Shown one piece after another: positions 8,152-17,264 of a stretch of 21,087 nt of DNA. Below the pieces are notes generated by a model. That model had not been told where the DNA came from. It did no database searches and worked only from the letters and a program-made list of their open reading frames with translations. Made by a program: the position numbers and the translations under genes. The stretch is taken from positions 1-21,087 of the forward strand of contig CBDCZH010000020.1 in NCBI GenBank assembly GCA_965224485.1, read 5' to 3'. Source of the stretch: Arcobacteraceae bacterium. Lineage in GTDB: Bacteria; Campylobacterota; Campylobacteria; Campylobacterales; Arcobacteraceae. Numbering within the stretch: position 1 is the first letter of the stretch; each line of letters begins with the position of its first letter.

Positions 8152-9195
8152 ATGTCTTTAAACAAAAGAGAAGAGAAAATTTATGGTGCAATACATACCC
8201 AAGATCATATTGTTTTTGAAGGTTTTTGTAAAAAAATTTATTCACAAGAACAGTATAAAGTAGATGTTTATATTGATGATGTTTTAGAAGAAACTCTTTA
8301 TGCAAATAAAAATCTTGAAAGTATAGAAGATAAATATGATATGTATGATACAAATGGTTTTTGTTTTACTTATAAAATAAAAGAAGAACTAATTGGAGAA
8401 AAACATAAAATTGAGTTTAAAACCAAAGATAACACTCAACTATTAAAATCTCCAAGTCAAACATTAAATCCTTCACATGAAGAATATAATGAAATATTCT
8501 TTTTAAGATCTTTAGAAGAGAAAATAGATGAAGAGAAAATAAAAGATTTATATAAAAAAGATTGTATTGGATTTTTAGCTAGTGAAGAAAACATTGAAGA
8601 TATAAAGTTTATAGAGTATTTAAAAGAATTAAGTAAAAGATTTCCTCACATTACTTTAAAAGCTTTTTATTTTTCAAAAAAGAGTCATGATCTCATCAAA
8701 AACCTTTTCATAAATGAAACAAATAGACTTATTCTAGTACAGGCATCAAATATATATGAAATGGCAAAAGAGGTAGAGATTTTTTCAATTAATTATAGAG
8801 TACAATTTAACTTTCCTTATAATAGTTATTTACCTTTAGTAAACTTATTAACAAAGTACAATAAGAATATTTATATTTCATATTATAATGGAGATTCTTA
8901 TGTTAAAAATTATCTATTTGATTCAGATTCTTCAATAAAAGAAGGAAGCATTCATTATGAACTATTAAAAGATCTTAAAATAAAAAAAGATGTTATTCAA
9001 GAAAATCATTATAAATTATGGCAAATAATTTACAATGATTTTTTTACAAAAAATCCAAGTAATGAATATGTATTTAATTCAAGAAACAATAAATTTGAAG
9101 TTCATTATTACGATACTATTAATCTAATATTAACAAATTTAAAATTTAAAAATCATATGATAAGAATAAGAAAATACTTAGAAAATAAAACTTAG
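8152..9195 (+). CDS. Hypothetical protein (347 aa)
   Basis: Long ORF with a strong SD. No motif recognised. Confidence 0.85.
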   Translation: MSLNKREEKIYGAIHTQDHIVFEGFCKKIYSQEQYKVDVYIDDVLEETLYANKNLESIEDKYDMYDTNGFCFTYKIKEELIGEKHKIEFKTKDNTQLLKSPSQTLNPSHEEYNEIFFLRSLEEKIDEEKIKDLYKKDCIGFLASEENIEDIKFIEYLKELSKRFPHITLKAFYFSKKSHDLIKNLFINETNRLILVQASNIYEMAKEVEIFSINYRVQFNFPYNSYLPLVNLLTKYNKNIYISYYNGDSYVKNYLFDSDSSIKEGSIHYELLKDLKIKKDVIQENHYKLWQIIYNDFFTKNPSNEYVFNSRNNKFEVHYYDTINLILTNLKFKNHMIRIRKYLENKT

Positions 9196-9235
9196 AAGTA
9201 AAATAAAACAATTCAGAAAAGGAGAAACTATTTAA

Positions 9236-9835
9236 ATGGATAAATCTTTTGTAAATAAGTATACATATAATCTGATTACTATCTTAAAAAATTTTGATGA
9301 AGATGTAATAGATAGAATTGTTAAAGAACTTGATAAATGTCATAATACTGACTCCAAAATATATATTATTGGAAATGGAGGAAGTGCAGCAACTTCATCT
9401 CATATGGCAAATGATTTAGGCATAGGATTAAAGATTAGAGATATAAAGAACTTTAATGTTGAGAGCTTAAGTGATAATACTTCAATTTGCACAGCAATAG
9501 CCAATGACATTGGTTTTGAAAATATTTTTTATACTCAAATAAAAGATAAAATAAAGAGAAAAGATGTTCTTATTGCAATATCTTGCAGTGGAAACTCTCA
9601 AAATATAATTAAAGCAGTTAAGTATGCAAAAGAGAAAGGGACTAGTATCATAGGACTGACAGGGTTTAATGGAGGAGAATTAAAAAAACTTTCTGATATA
9701 AACTTCCATATAGAAACAACTAAAGGGGAATATGGATTAGTTGAAGATGCACATATGATACTTGATCACCTATTATTTTCTTATTATATTTCACTTAAAA
9801 ATAAAGAAGAAAAGGTAAATAATAGTGCAAAATAA
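9236..9835 (+). CDS. gmhA: SIS-domain phosphosugar isomerase, GmhA-like (sedoheptulose-7-phosphate isomerase family)
   Basis: Motifs GNGGSAATSSH, TAIANDIG, ISCSGNSQN, GLTGFNGG and EDAH. SD AAGGAG. Confidence 0.85.
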   Translation: MDKSFVNKYTYNLITILKNFDEDVIDRIVKELDKCHNTDSKIYIIGNGGSAATSSHMANDLGIGLKIRDIKNFNVESLSDNTSICTAIANDIGFENIFYTQIKDKIKRKDVLIAISCSGNSQNIIKAVKYAKEKGTSIIGLTGFNGGELKKLSDINFHIETTKGEYGLVEDAHMILDHLLFSYYISLKNKEEKVNNSAK

Positions 9836-10817
9836 ATTACTTGTAATAGGAAGTAATTCTTTCTCTGCTTCAAATTTTATTGATTATAATTTAAATATTG
9901 ATAAGGAAATTTTTGCAGTAAGTAGATCAAAAGAAATATCTGATGTTTTTTTACCATATAAAACAAATAAAAATATACATAATATTACATATCAACAATT
10001 TGATTTAAATAAAGATATTAACAGAATAATTTCATTAATAAAAAAAGAAAAGATTTCCCATATTGTTAATTTCGCAGCTCAAAGCATGGTAGGAGAGAGT
10101 TGGAATACTCCACAAGATTGGTTTATGACAAATACTGTATCTAGTATAAATTTTCACAATCAATTAAAAAACATTGACTTTTTAGATAAGTATATTCATA
10201 TATCAACTCCTGAAGTTTATGGATCTTGTGAAGGATTAATAAAAGAGAGTATAAATTATAATCCAAGCACTCCTTATGCAACATCAAGAGCAGCTGCGGA
10301 TATGAGTTTAAAAAACTTTTATGACACGTATAACTTTCCTGTAATCTTTACAAGAGCAGCAAATGTTTATGGAGAGCATCAGCAATTATATAGAATTATA
10401 CCAAAAGCTATTATCTCTTTTTTAAGTAAAAAAAAGCTTCCTCTTCATGGCGGTGGTCATTCTATACGGTCTTTTATTCATATGGATGATGTATCATCTG
10501 CCACAACAAAAATTATGGAAAAAGGAAAACTTGGCTCAATATATCATATTTCCACAAAACAAAATATCTCAATTAGAAAAATAGTTGAAACAGTAGCAAA
10601 ACAACTTGAGGTTAATTTTGAAGATAATGTAATCATAAGCGAAGATAGAAAAGGAAAAGATGGAGCTTATTTATTAGATAGTTCCAAACTTAGAGATGAA
10701 CTATCTTGGAATGATAATATTTCTTTAGAAAATGGAATTGAGAAAACTATATCTTGGGTTAAAGATAATTATGAGCAATTATTAAAACAACCAATGAATT
10801 ACATACATAAAAAATAA
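9825..10817 (+). CDS. NDP-sugar 4,6-dehydratase-like extended SDR (RmlB/Gmd-like, atypical motifs)
   Basis: Motifs NFAAQSMV, HISTPEVYG, PSTPYATSRAA, NVYG, LHGGG..IRSFIH and YLLDSSK. GTG start overlapping gmhA, with SD AAAGGT. Confidence 0.85.
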   Translation: MQNKLLVIGSNSFSASNFIDYNLNIDKEIFAVSRSKEISDVFLPYKTNKNIHNITYQQFDLNKDINRIISLIKKEKISHIVNFAAQSMVGESWNTPQDWFMTNTVSSINFHNQLKNIDFLDKYIHISTPEVYGSCEGLIKESINYNPSTPYATSRAAADMSLKNFYDTYNFPVIFTRAANVYGEHQQLYRIIPKAIISFLSKKKLPLHGGGHSIRSFIHMDDVSSATTKIMEKGKLGSIYHISTKQNISIRKIVETVAKQLEVNFEDNVIISEDRKGKDGAYLLDSSKLRDELSWNDNISLENGIEKTISWVKDNYEQLLKQPMNYIHKK

Positions 10818-10825
10818 GGTAAAAA

Positions 10826-11770
10826 ATGAAAAATATTTTATTAACAGGAGGAGCAGGTTACGTTGGTACTGTTCTTACTCAAGCATTACTAAAAGAAGGC
10901 CATAATGTTACAGTAGTTGATACTATGTGGTTTGGTAACTTTTTAGAAGAAGATAAAAACTTAAAAATAATAAAAGCTGATATTTTAGATATTGATTCAA
11001 TTCCCATGGAAAACATAGATACTGTTTTTCATCTAGCGAATATTGCTAACGACCCTACTGGCGATTTAAATTCAAAACTAACATGGGAAGTAAATGCCCT
11101 TGCCTCAAAACAATTAGTTGAAAAAGCAATAAAAAACAAGGTGAAACAATTTGTATATGCAAGTAGTGGAAGTGTGTATGGAATAAAAGATGAAGAACAA
11201 GTAACTGAAGAATTAGAACTAGTTCCTCTTAGTGATTATAATAAAACTAAAATGATTAGTGAAAGAGTTTTTTTAAGTTATGAAGATCAAATAAATACAG
11301 TAATTATTAGGCCTGCAACTGTTTGTGGATACAGTAAAAGAATGAGACTTGATGTATCTGTAAATATGCTAACGATGCAAGCTTTAAAGAATAAAAAGAT
11401 TACAGTTTTTGGAGGAGACCAAACAAGACCAAATATTCATATTAAAGATATGATTAATGTTTATCTTCATTTTTTAAACAATGATAAACTTACAGGTGTT
11501 TATAATGCAGGATTTGAAAATATTTCAATTTTAGAAATTGCAAAAAAAGTAAGTTCTAAAATTCAAGCTGAAATTATTATAAGTGAATCAAATGACCCAA
11601 GATCATATAGATTAAATTCTGATAAACTCCTAAAAACTGGCTTTAAACCTTTATATGGAATTCAAACTGCAATAGATGAAATTACAGAAAAGTTTAATAA
11701 AAATATTTTAAAAGATGAAGATAAATATTATAATTTAAAAGTTATGAAAAAACTTCAATTAGGAGAATAA
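10826..11770 (+). CDS. NAD-dependent nucleotide-sugar epimerase/reductase (extended SDR)
   Basis: Motifs TGGAGYVG, HLA, ASSGSVYG, YNKTK, RPATVCG and GGDQTRPNIHI. Confidence 0.9.
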   Translation: MKNILLTGGAGYVGTVLTQALLKEGHNVTVVDTMWFGNFLEEDKNLKIIKADILDIDSIPMENIDTVFHLANIANDPTGDLNSKLTWEVNALASKQLVEKAIKNKVKQFVYASSGSVYGIKDEEQVTEELELVPLSDYNKTKMISERVFLSYEDQINTVIIRPATVCGYSKRMRLDVSVNMLTMQALKNKKITVFGGDQTRPNIHIKDMINVYLHFLNNDKLTGVYNAGFENISILEIAKKVSSKIQAEIIISESNDPRSYRLNSDKLLKTGFKPLYGIQTAIDEITEKFNKNILKDEDKYYNLKVMKKLQLGE

Positions 11771-12430
11771 ATGGGAATAGAAATTGATTTATTAAAAAAT
11801 TATCCAAAAACAAAAAGAGATTTAAAGCAAAGAGCCAATTCAAAAACACCTGAGGATAGGGAAATTGCAAGAAAATTTGGAAAAGATTTTTTTGATGGAG
11901 ATAGAAACCATGGATATGGTGGGTTTTCATATATGAGTAGATTTTGGGAACCTGTTATTCCTACTTTTGAAAAACATTTCAATCTAAATTCAAGTTCAAG
12001 AGTACTTGATATTGGATGTGCAAAAGGTTTTATGCTTTTTGATATACAAAAAAGAATTGAAGGTATTACTATAAAAGGTGTTGATATATCTTCTTATGCA
12101 ATTAAAAATGCAAAAGAAGAAGTAAAAAATTCTTTAGAAGTAGCAAATGCAAAGAATTTGCCTTTTGATGATAACTCATTTGATCTTGTTATTTCTATTA
12201 ATACAATTCACAATTTGGAAAAAGCTGAGTGTGCACAAGCTTTAAAAGAGATACAAAGAGTAAGTTGCGGTAATAGTTTTATAACCGTTGATGCATATAG
12301 AAACGATGAAGAAAAAGAAGCTATGTATCAGTGGAATTTAACTGCTAAAACTATTATGAGTGTGGATGAATGGATTTCATTTTTTGATGAAGTTGGATAT
12401 ACAGGTGATTATTATTGGTTTATACCATAA
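11771..12430 (+). CDS. Class I SAM-dependent methyltransferase
   Basis: Motifs VLDIGCAKGF, GVDIS, LPFDDNSFDLVIS and ALKEIQRV. SD AGGAG. Confidence 0.9.
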   Translation: MGIEIDLLKNYPKTKRDLKQRANSKTPEDREIARKFGKDFFDGDRNHGYGGFSYMSRFWEPVIPTFEKHFNLNSSSRVLDIGCAKGFMLFDIQKRIEGITIKGVDISSYAIKNAKEEVKNSLEVANAKNLPFDDNSFDLVISINTIHNLEKAECAQALKEIQRVSCGNSFITVDAYRNDEEKEAMYQWNLTAKTIMSVDEWISFFDEVGYTGDYYWFIP

Positions 12431-12439
12431 AGTGATAGC

Positions 12440-13414
12440 ATGAATATAGATATCAATGAATTAAAGAATATTTACAAAATAGCTTATAAAATAAGAACTT
12501 GTGAAGAAGAAATTGCAAAAAGATACAATGAGCAAGAGATGAGATGCCCTGTTCACCTAAGTATAGGACAAGAATTAGTTCCAGCTATTTATGCAAACTT
12601 TATTTCAACTGAGGATTATGCAGTTAGTACTCATAGAGCACATGCTCATTATCTTGCTAAAGGTGGAAATCTAAAGAAAATGATTGCTGAGATATATGGC
12701 AAAGAAACAGGATGTTCTCATGGACTTGGTGGTTCTATGCACTTAGTAGATAAAAGTGTTAGTTTTATGTGTAGTACAGCAATTGTAGGAGGAACTATTC
12801 CTATAGGAGTGGGGCTTGCCCTTTCTTCAAAGATTAAAAATGATAATAAAATTTCAACAGTTTTTTTAGGTGACGGAGCTTGCGAAGAAGGAGTATTTTA
12901 TGAATCTCTTAACTTTGCAGCATTAAAAGACTTACCTGTAATTTTTATTTGTGAAAATAACTTATATTCAGTTTATTCTAACCTTGAAGTAAGACAGCCA
13001 AAGGGAAGAAAATTATATGAATTAGCTACTGCAATTGGTGTAAAATCATCACATGCAGATGGATATAATATAGAAGATACTTATACAAAGTTGCAAGAAG
13101 CTATAAATTATGTAAAAAAAGAAAAGAAACCATTTTTTATTGAATTAGATACCTATAGATTTAGAGAACACTGTGGTCCAAATTATGATAACGACTTAGG
13201 ATATAGGGAGAAGAAAGAGTACGAACTATTTCTAAAAAAAGACCCTTTACTTTTACTAGAGAAGTATATAAATCAACATGATTTAGAAAAGTTTATTAAA
13301 TCAACAAAAGAAGAAATTCAAACTGAAATAAATGAAGCTTTTATTTTTGCAAAGAAATCTCCATGGCCAAAATATGAAGAATTAACTAGTTATACCTTTA
13401 AGGAATCAAATTGA
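12440..13414 (+). CDS. ThDP-dependent pyruvate/acetoin dehydrogenase E1 alpha-like subunit
   Basis: Motifs HLSIGQE, THRAH, GGSMH, the ThDP motif GDGA...ENN, and YRFREH. Confidence 0.92.
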   Translation: MNIDINELKNIYKIAYKIRTCEEEIAKRYNEQEMRCPVHLSIGQELVPAIYANFISTEDYAVSTHRAHAHYLAKGGNLKKMIAEIYGKETGCSHGLGGSMHLVDKSVSFMCSTAIVGGTIPIGVGLALSSKIKNDNKISTVFLGDGACEEGVFYESLNFAALKDLPVIFICENNLYSVYSNLEVRQPKGRKLYELATAIGVKSSHADGYNIEDTYTKLQEAINYVKKEKKPFFIELDTYRFREHCGPNYDNDLGYREKKEYELFLKKDPLLLLEKYINQHDLEKFIKSTKEEIQTEINEAFIFAKKSPWPKYEELTSYTFKESN

Positions 13415-14463
13415 GAAAGATAACATTTGCACAAGCAATAAATGAAGCTTTAGAAACTGCAATGAGACTTGATAGTTCTGTAATTAAATATGGTCTTGGA
13501 GTTACTGATCCTCATGGAGTTTTTAATACTACAAAAGGCTTAGAAGAAAAATTTGGAAAAGATAGAGTTTTCGATATGCCAACTTCTGAGAATGCAATGA
13601 CAGGAATAGCTATTGGTGCATCTCTTGCAGGACTAAAACCTATAATGACACACCAACGTCTTGACTTCTTTCTTTTAGCTATGGATCAGTTAATAAATAA
13701 TGCAGCAAAATTTCATTTTATGTTTGGAAAAGAGCATCATGTTCCAATAACTATAAGATTAATAATAGGAAGAGGATGGGGACAAGGACCAACGCATGCA
13801 CAAAGTTTGCAAGCTATGTTTGCTCAAGTTCCTGGACTGAAAGTAGTAATGCCAACAACTGCTAAAGATGCTAAAGGTCTTTTATTAGAGAGTATTTTTG
13901 ATCCTAATCCTGTATTATTTTTAGAGCATAGATGGCTTCATAATATGGTTTGTGATGTTCCTATAGATGATGATTTTAGAGTTTCATTATCTAAGTGCGA
14001 AATATTAAGAGAAGGAAGCGATATAACTATTGTTTCTATGTCTTATATGAGCATAGAAGCTATTCACGCAGCTAAAGAACTTGAAAAATATAATGTTTCT
14101 TGCGAGATTATAGATTTAAAAACAATAAGTCCAATAGATTGGCAAACAATTTATACTTCTATTAAAAAAACAAAAAATCTATGTGTTTTAGATACAGCAA
14201 GTGAATTCGGTTCTATTGCAAGTGATATAGTTTCAAAAGTTGTTATTGATAATTTTAATATTTTAGAAAATGCTCCTAAAATTATTGCCTTATGTAATAA
14301 TCATTGCCCTACAAGTTATGAACTTACAAAAGAATACTATAAAGATGCAAAAAATATTGTAGAAGAGATATCAAAAGTATTTAATAAAACAGCTAATTTA
14401 GAAAATTTTATGAAAAAAGAACATCATGATATACCAGGAAATTGGTTTAAAGGACCATTTTAA
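13411..14463 (+). CDS. Pyruvate/acetoin dehydrogenase E1 beta-like subunit (transketolase pyrimidine-binding and C-terminal domains)
   Basis: Motifs AQAINEAL, RVFDMPTSENAMTGIAIG, DQLINNAAK, GPTHAQS, VPGLKVVMP and EIIDLKTISPID. TTG start overlapping the alpha stop, with SD AAGGA. Confidence 0.92.
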   Translation: MRKITFAQAINEALETAMRLDSSVIKYGLGVTDPHGVFNTTKGLEEKFGKDRVFDMPTSENAMTGIAIGASLAGLKPIMTHQRLDFFLLAMDQLINNAAKFHFMFGKEHHVPITIRLIIGRGWGQGPTHAQSLQAMFAQVPGLKVVMPTTAKDAKGLLLESIFDPNPVLFLEHRWLHNMVCDVPIDDDFRVSLSKCEILREGSDITIVSMSYMSIEAIHAAKELEKYNVSCEIIDLKTISPIDWQTIYTSIKKTKNLCVLDTASEFGSIASDIVSKVVIDNFNILENAPKIIALCNNHCPTSYELTKEYYKDAKNIVEEISKVFNKTANLENFMKKEHHDIPGNWFKGPF

Positions 14464-14497
14464 TTACTATTGATAATTTAAATTATAAGGAAAAGAA

Positions 14498-15448
14498 ATG
14501 GAATTTAATGTAATAGATGCAGGTGCAAGATATGGAGTCCATCCAAGTTGGGAAAATATAAAAGAATTAATTAATTTATTTTTATTTGAAGTTGATAATG
14601 AAGAGGCTAAAAGATTAAAGAATAAATATAAAAAACTCGATAACATTAAAGTAAGTAATATTGGATTATCTAATAAAAAAGAAGAAATATTCTTAAATAT
14701 TAATGAACATAAAGCTTTAAGTAGTCTACTTGATATAAATAAAAAAGAGCTAGAATATTTTAACCACATGGTTGAAGAAACAAACTTATTAAATAAGAAT
14801 TTAATACAAACAGATACTATTGATAATTTATTTAGTGATATTAAAATAGATTTTTTAAAATTAGATGTTGAAGGCTATGAAAAATACATATTAGAAGGAG
14901 CTTCAATACAATTAGATAATATTCTAGCAATTAGATCTGAGGTAATTTTTATTGAATTTCATAAAAAGGGAACAACATTTAGCGAACTACATTCATTTTT
15001 AACAAAAAAAGGATTTGAATTACTAAATCTAGATTATAATGGAAAAGGTTATGCTTCAAGTATATTTACTAAATCAGATAGATATGGGACTTTGATTAGT
15101 ACTGATGCAGTTTGGATTAAAAAAAGAGATATAATTTTTAAAGAAAAAGATTTAACAATTTTAACTGAAAATGTTATAAAATATGCAGTATTCTTAATGA
15201 ATAACAATGCATCAGATATTGCTTTAAAATTCTTATTAGAAGCTATTTCCTTACATAAAATAAATTTTTCAGCATACTCTGACTGTAAAGTATTTTTATT
15301 TCTTGATAAGGAAATTCAATTATTATTTAAAAATATTTCAGAATATCCATATATAAATATTGAAGACTTAAAAATAACATATAAAAGTATATTTAAAAAA
15401 GAATTTAAAACAAAGAATGATTTTTATGAAAATCCAATATTTGAATAA
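14498..15448 (+). CDS. FkbM-family methyltransferase
   Basis: Motifs VIDAGARYG, FEVD, TIDN, IDFLKLDVEGYE..IL.GA, EV.F, L...GF and DAVW. Confidence 0.85.
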   Translation: MEFNVIDAGARYGVHPSWENIKELINLFLFEVDNEEAKRLKNKYKKLDNIKVSNIGLSNKKEEIFLNINEHKALSSLLDINKKELEYFNHMVEETNLLNKNLIQTDTIDNLFSDIKIDFLKLDVEGYEKYILEGASIQLDNILAIRSEVIFIEFHKKGTTFSELHSFLTKKGFELLNLDYNGKGYASSIFTKSDRYGTLISTDAVWIKKRDIIFKEKDLTILTENVIKYAVFLMNNNASDIALKFLLEAISLHKINFSAYSDCKVFLFLDKEIQLLFKNISEYPYINIEDLKITYKSIFKKEFKTKNDFYENPIFE

Positions 15449-15455
15449 GACTAAG

Positions 15456-16148
15456 ATGAAAAGTATCTTAATTATTGGAGCAAGTAAAGGCTTAGGAAAA
15501 GAGTTAGCAAACAATTTTATTCACGATGAATATAAGTGTTTATTAATATCTAGAAAAATAAAACAATCAGTTAAAATAAAAAATACTACTTATTTAAATA
15601 TAGATATAAGTAAACAAAAAGATAGAAAAAAATTATTAACTTATATTAATAAACATAACCTATCTTTTGATATTATTGTTAATAATGCGTCATACCAATT
15701 AAAAAAGAATATTAATGATTGCAATATAAATGATATAATGAAAATTTACAAAAATAATTTCTTTTCATACTTTTTTCTTTATCAAGAACTAATTACATAT
15801 TTAAAAGATAAAAGTTTTATTATTAATATATCTGCATATTCAAGTATTTATCCTAATAATCCTGGTTTTTCATTATATAATTCATCAAAAGCTAGTTTAA
15901 ATAGCTTTATTGATAATTTAGTAATTGAGAATAAATCGCTATGTGCAGTTACCTTCCTTCTGGGTGGTTTTTCTAGTGATACATACAAAAGACTTAATAA
16001 ATCAAAGAATATAAATAATATACCTAGCCCTAAAATTATTGCAGATTTTATTTATAAAAAAATAAATACTATAAAATTTAAGAATTATCATTTTATGTAC
16101 AAAAGAGATTATACAAAAATAAATTATTTTAGAAAATTTAAAATATAA
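15456..16148 (+). CDS. Classical SDR oxidoreductase (divergent); start more likely ATG 15456 than 15417
   Basis: Motifs ILIIGASKGLG, DIIVNNAS, IINIS and YNSSK. Starting at 15456 removes the overlap with the FkbM gene. Confidence 0.8.
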   Translation: MKSILIIGASKGLGKELANNFIHDEYKCLLISRKIKQSVKIKNTTYLNIDISKQKDRKKLLTYINKHNLSFDIIVNNASYQLKKNINDCNINDIMKIYKNNFFSYFFLYQELITYLKDKSFIINISAYSSIYPNNPGFSLYNSSKASLNSFIDNLVIENKSLCAVTFLLGGFSSDTYKRLNKSKNINNIPSPKIIADFIYKKINTIKFKNYHFMYKRDYTKINYFRKFKI

Positions 16149-16196
16149 TAAAAATATACATTACTACTAAATAATTAAGGATAAATCATAAAAACA

Positions 16197-17237
16197 ATGA
16201 AAGCAGCAATATTATTTAAAATAAATGAACCACTAAAGATAAAAGAAATAGAAATACCTTCTTTAAAAGAAGGTCAAGTTTTAATTAAACTTGCATATAG
16301 TGGAGTTTGTCATTCTCAATTAATGGAAATTAAAGGCAAAAGAGGAGAAGACAAGTGGTTACCCCATTTATTAGGTCATGAAGGTACAGGTATAGTTATA
16401 AAAATAGGTGAAAATGTCAAAAAAGTAAAACCTAATGACAAAGTAATATTAGGATGGATAAAAGCAAAAGGAATTAATGCACTACCAGCAACATATTTGT
16501 ATGATGGTAAAAAAATAAATTCTGGAAACATTACTACTTTTAGTGAATATTCAATTGTTTCAGAAAATAGATTAGTAAAACTTCCTAAAAGTATTCCAAT
16601 GGATATAGGGGTGCTATTTGGATGTGCAATTCCTACGGGTGCCGGAATTATAATAAATGAGATATCGCTACAAAAAGAATCAACAATTGCTATTTTTGGA
16701 CTTGGAGGTATTGGGCTAAGTGCGTTAATGACAAGTAAGATTTTTGAATGCAACAAAATAATTGCAATTGATATTGAAGATTCTAAACTAAAATTAGCAA
16801 AAGAATTTGGAGCTACACATTTAATAAATTCTAAGAAAGAAGATACTTTAAAAAGAATACTTGAACTTACAAAGAACGAAGGTGTAAATTATTCTGTAGA
16901 GTGTTCAGGACTTGCGAAAGTAATAGAACTAGCATTTAAGAGTGTAAAAAACAATGGTGGGTTATGTGTATTTGCTTCACATCCTAAAAATGGAGATAAA
17001 ATATGTTTAGATCCATATGATTTTATTTGTGGAAAACAAATTAAAGGTTCTTGGGGAGGTTCTTCTAATCCAGATAAAGACATTCCACTTTTAGCTAAAT
17101 ATTATGAAGAAGGTAAATTACCCTTAGAAAAATTATTTGATAAGAAATACTCTCTTAATCAAATTAATGAAGCCATGAATGATTTACAAGAACGTCAAGT
17201 TATAAGACCATTAATAGTAATTAATGATAAATTATAA
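16197..17237 (+). CDS. Zn-dependent medium-chain alcohol dehydrogenase (MDR)
   Basis: Motifs GVCHS, LGHEG.G, FGCAIPTG and GLGGIG. SD AAGGA. Confidence 0.92.
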   Translation: MKAAILFKINEPLKIKEIEIPSLKEGQVLIKLAYSGVCHSQLMEIKGKRGEDKWLPHLLGHEGTGIVIKIGENVKKVKPNDKVILGWIKAKGINALPATYLYDGKKINSGNITTFSEYSIVSENRLVKLPKSIPMDIGVLFGCAIPTGAGIIINEISLQKESTIAIFGLGGIGLSALMTSKIFECNKIIAIDIEDSKLKLAKEFGATHLINSKKEDTLKRILELTKNEGVNYSVECSGLAKVIELAFKSVKNNGGLCVFASHPKNGDKICLDPYDFICGKQIKGSWGGSSNPDKDIPLLAKYYEEGKLPLEKLFDKKYSLNQINEAMNDLQERQVIRPLIVINDKL

Positions 17238-17264
17238 TATAATATTAGAAATAAGATTATTAAA

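Noticed and set aside
12440..14463. Annotation as housekeeping pyruvate or acetoin dehydrogenase (pdhAB/acoAB)
   Set aside because: No E2 or E3 gene is nearby and the pair is embedded in a nucleotide-sugar operon, so gene symbols were withheld.
15417..15455. Longer N-terminus of the SDR from the ORF track
   Set aside because: It overlaps the FkbM gene, and the Rossmann motif begins right after ATG 15456.
17233..17243. Tandem TATAAT before the HldE-like gene as an internal promoter
   Set aside because: It cannot be distinguished from chance in a nearly pure A/T spacer.
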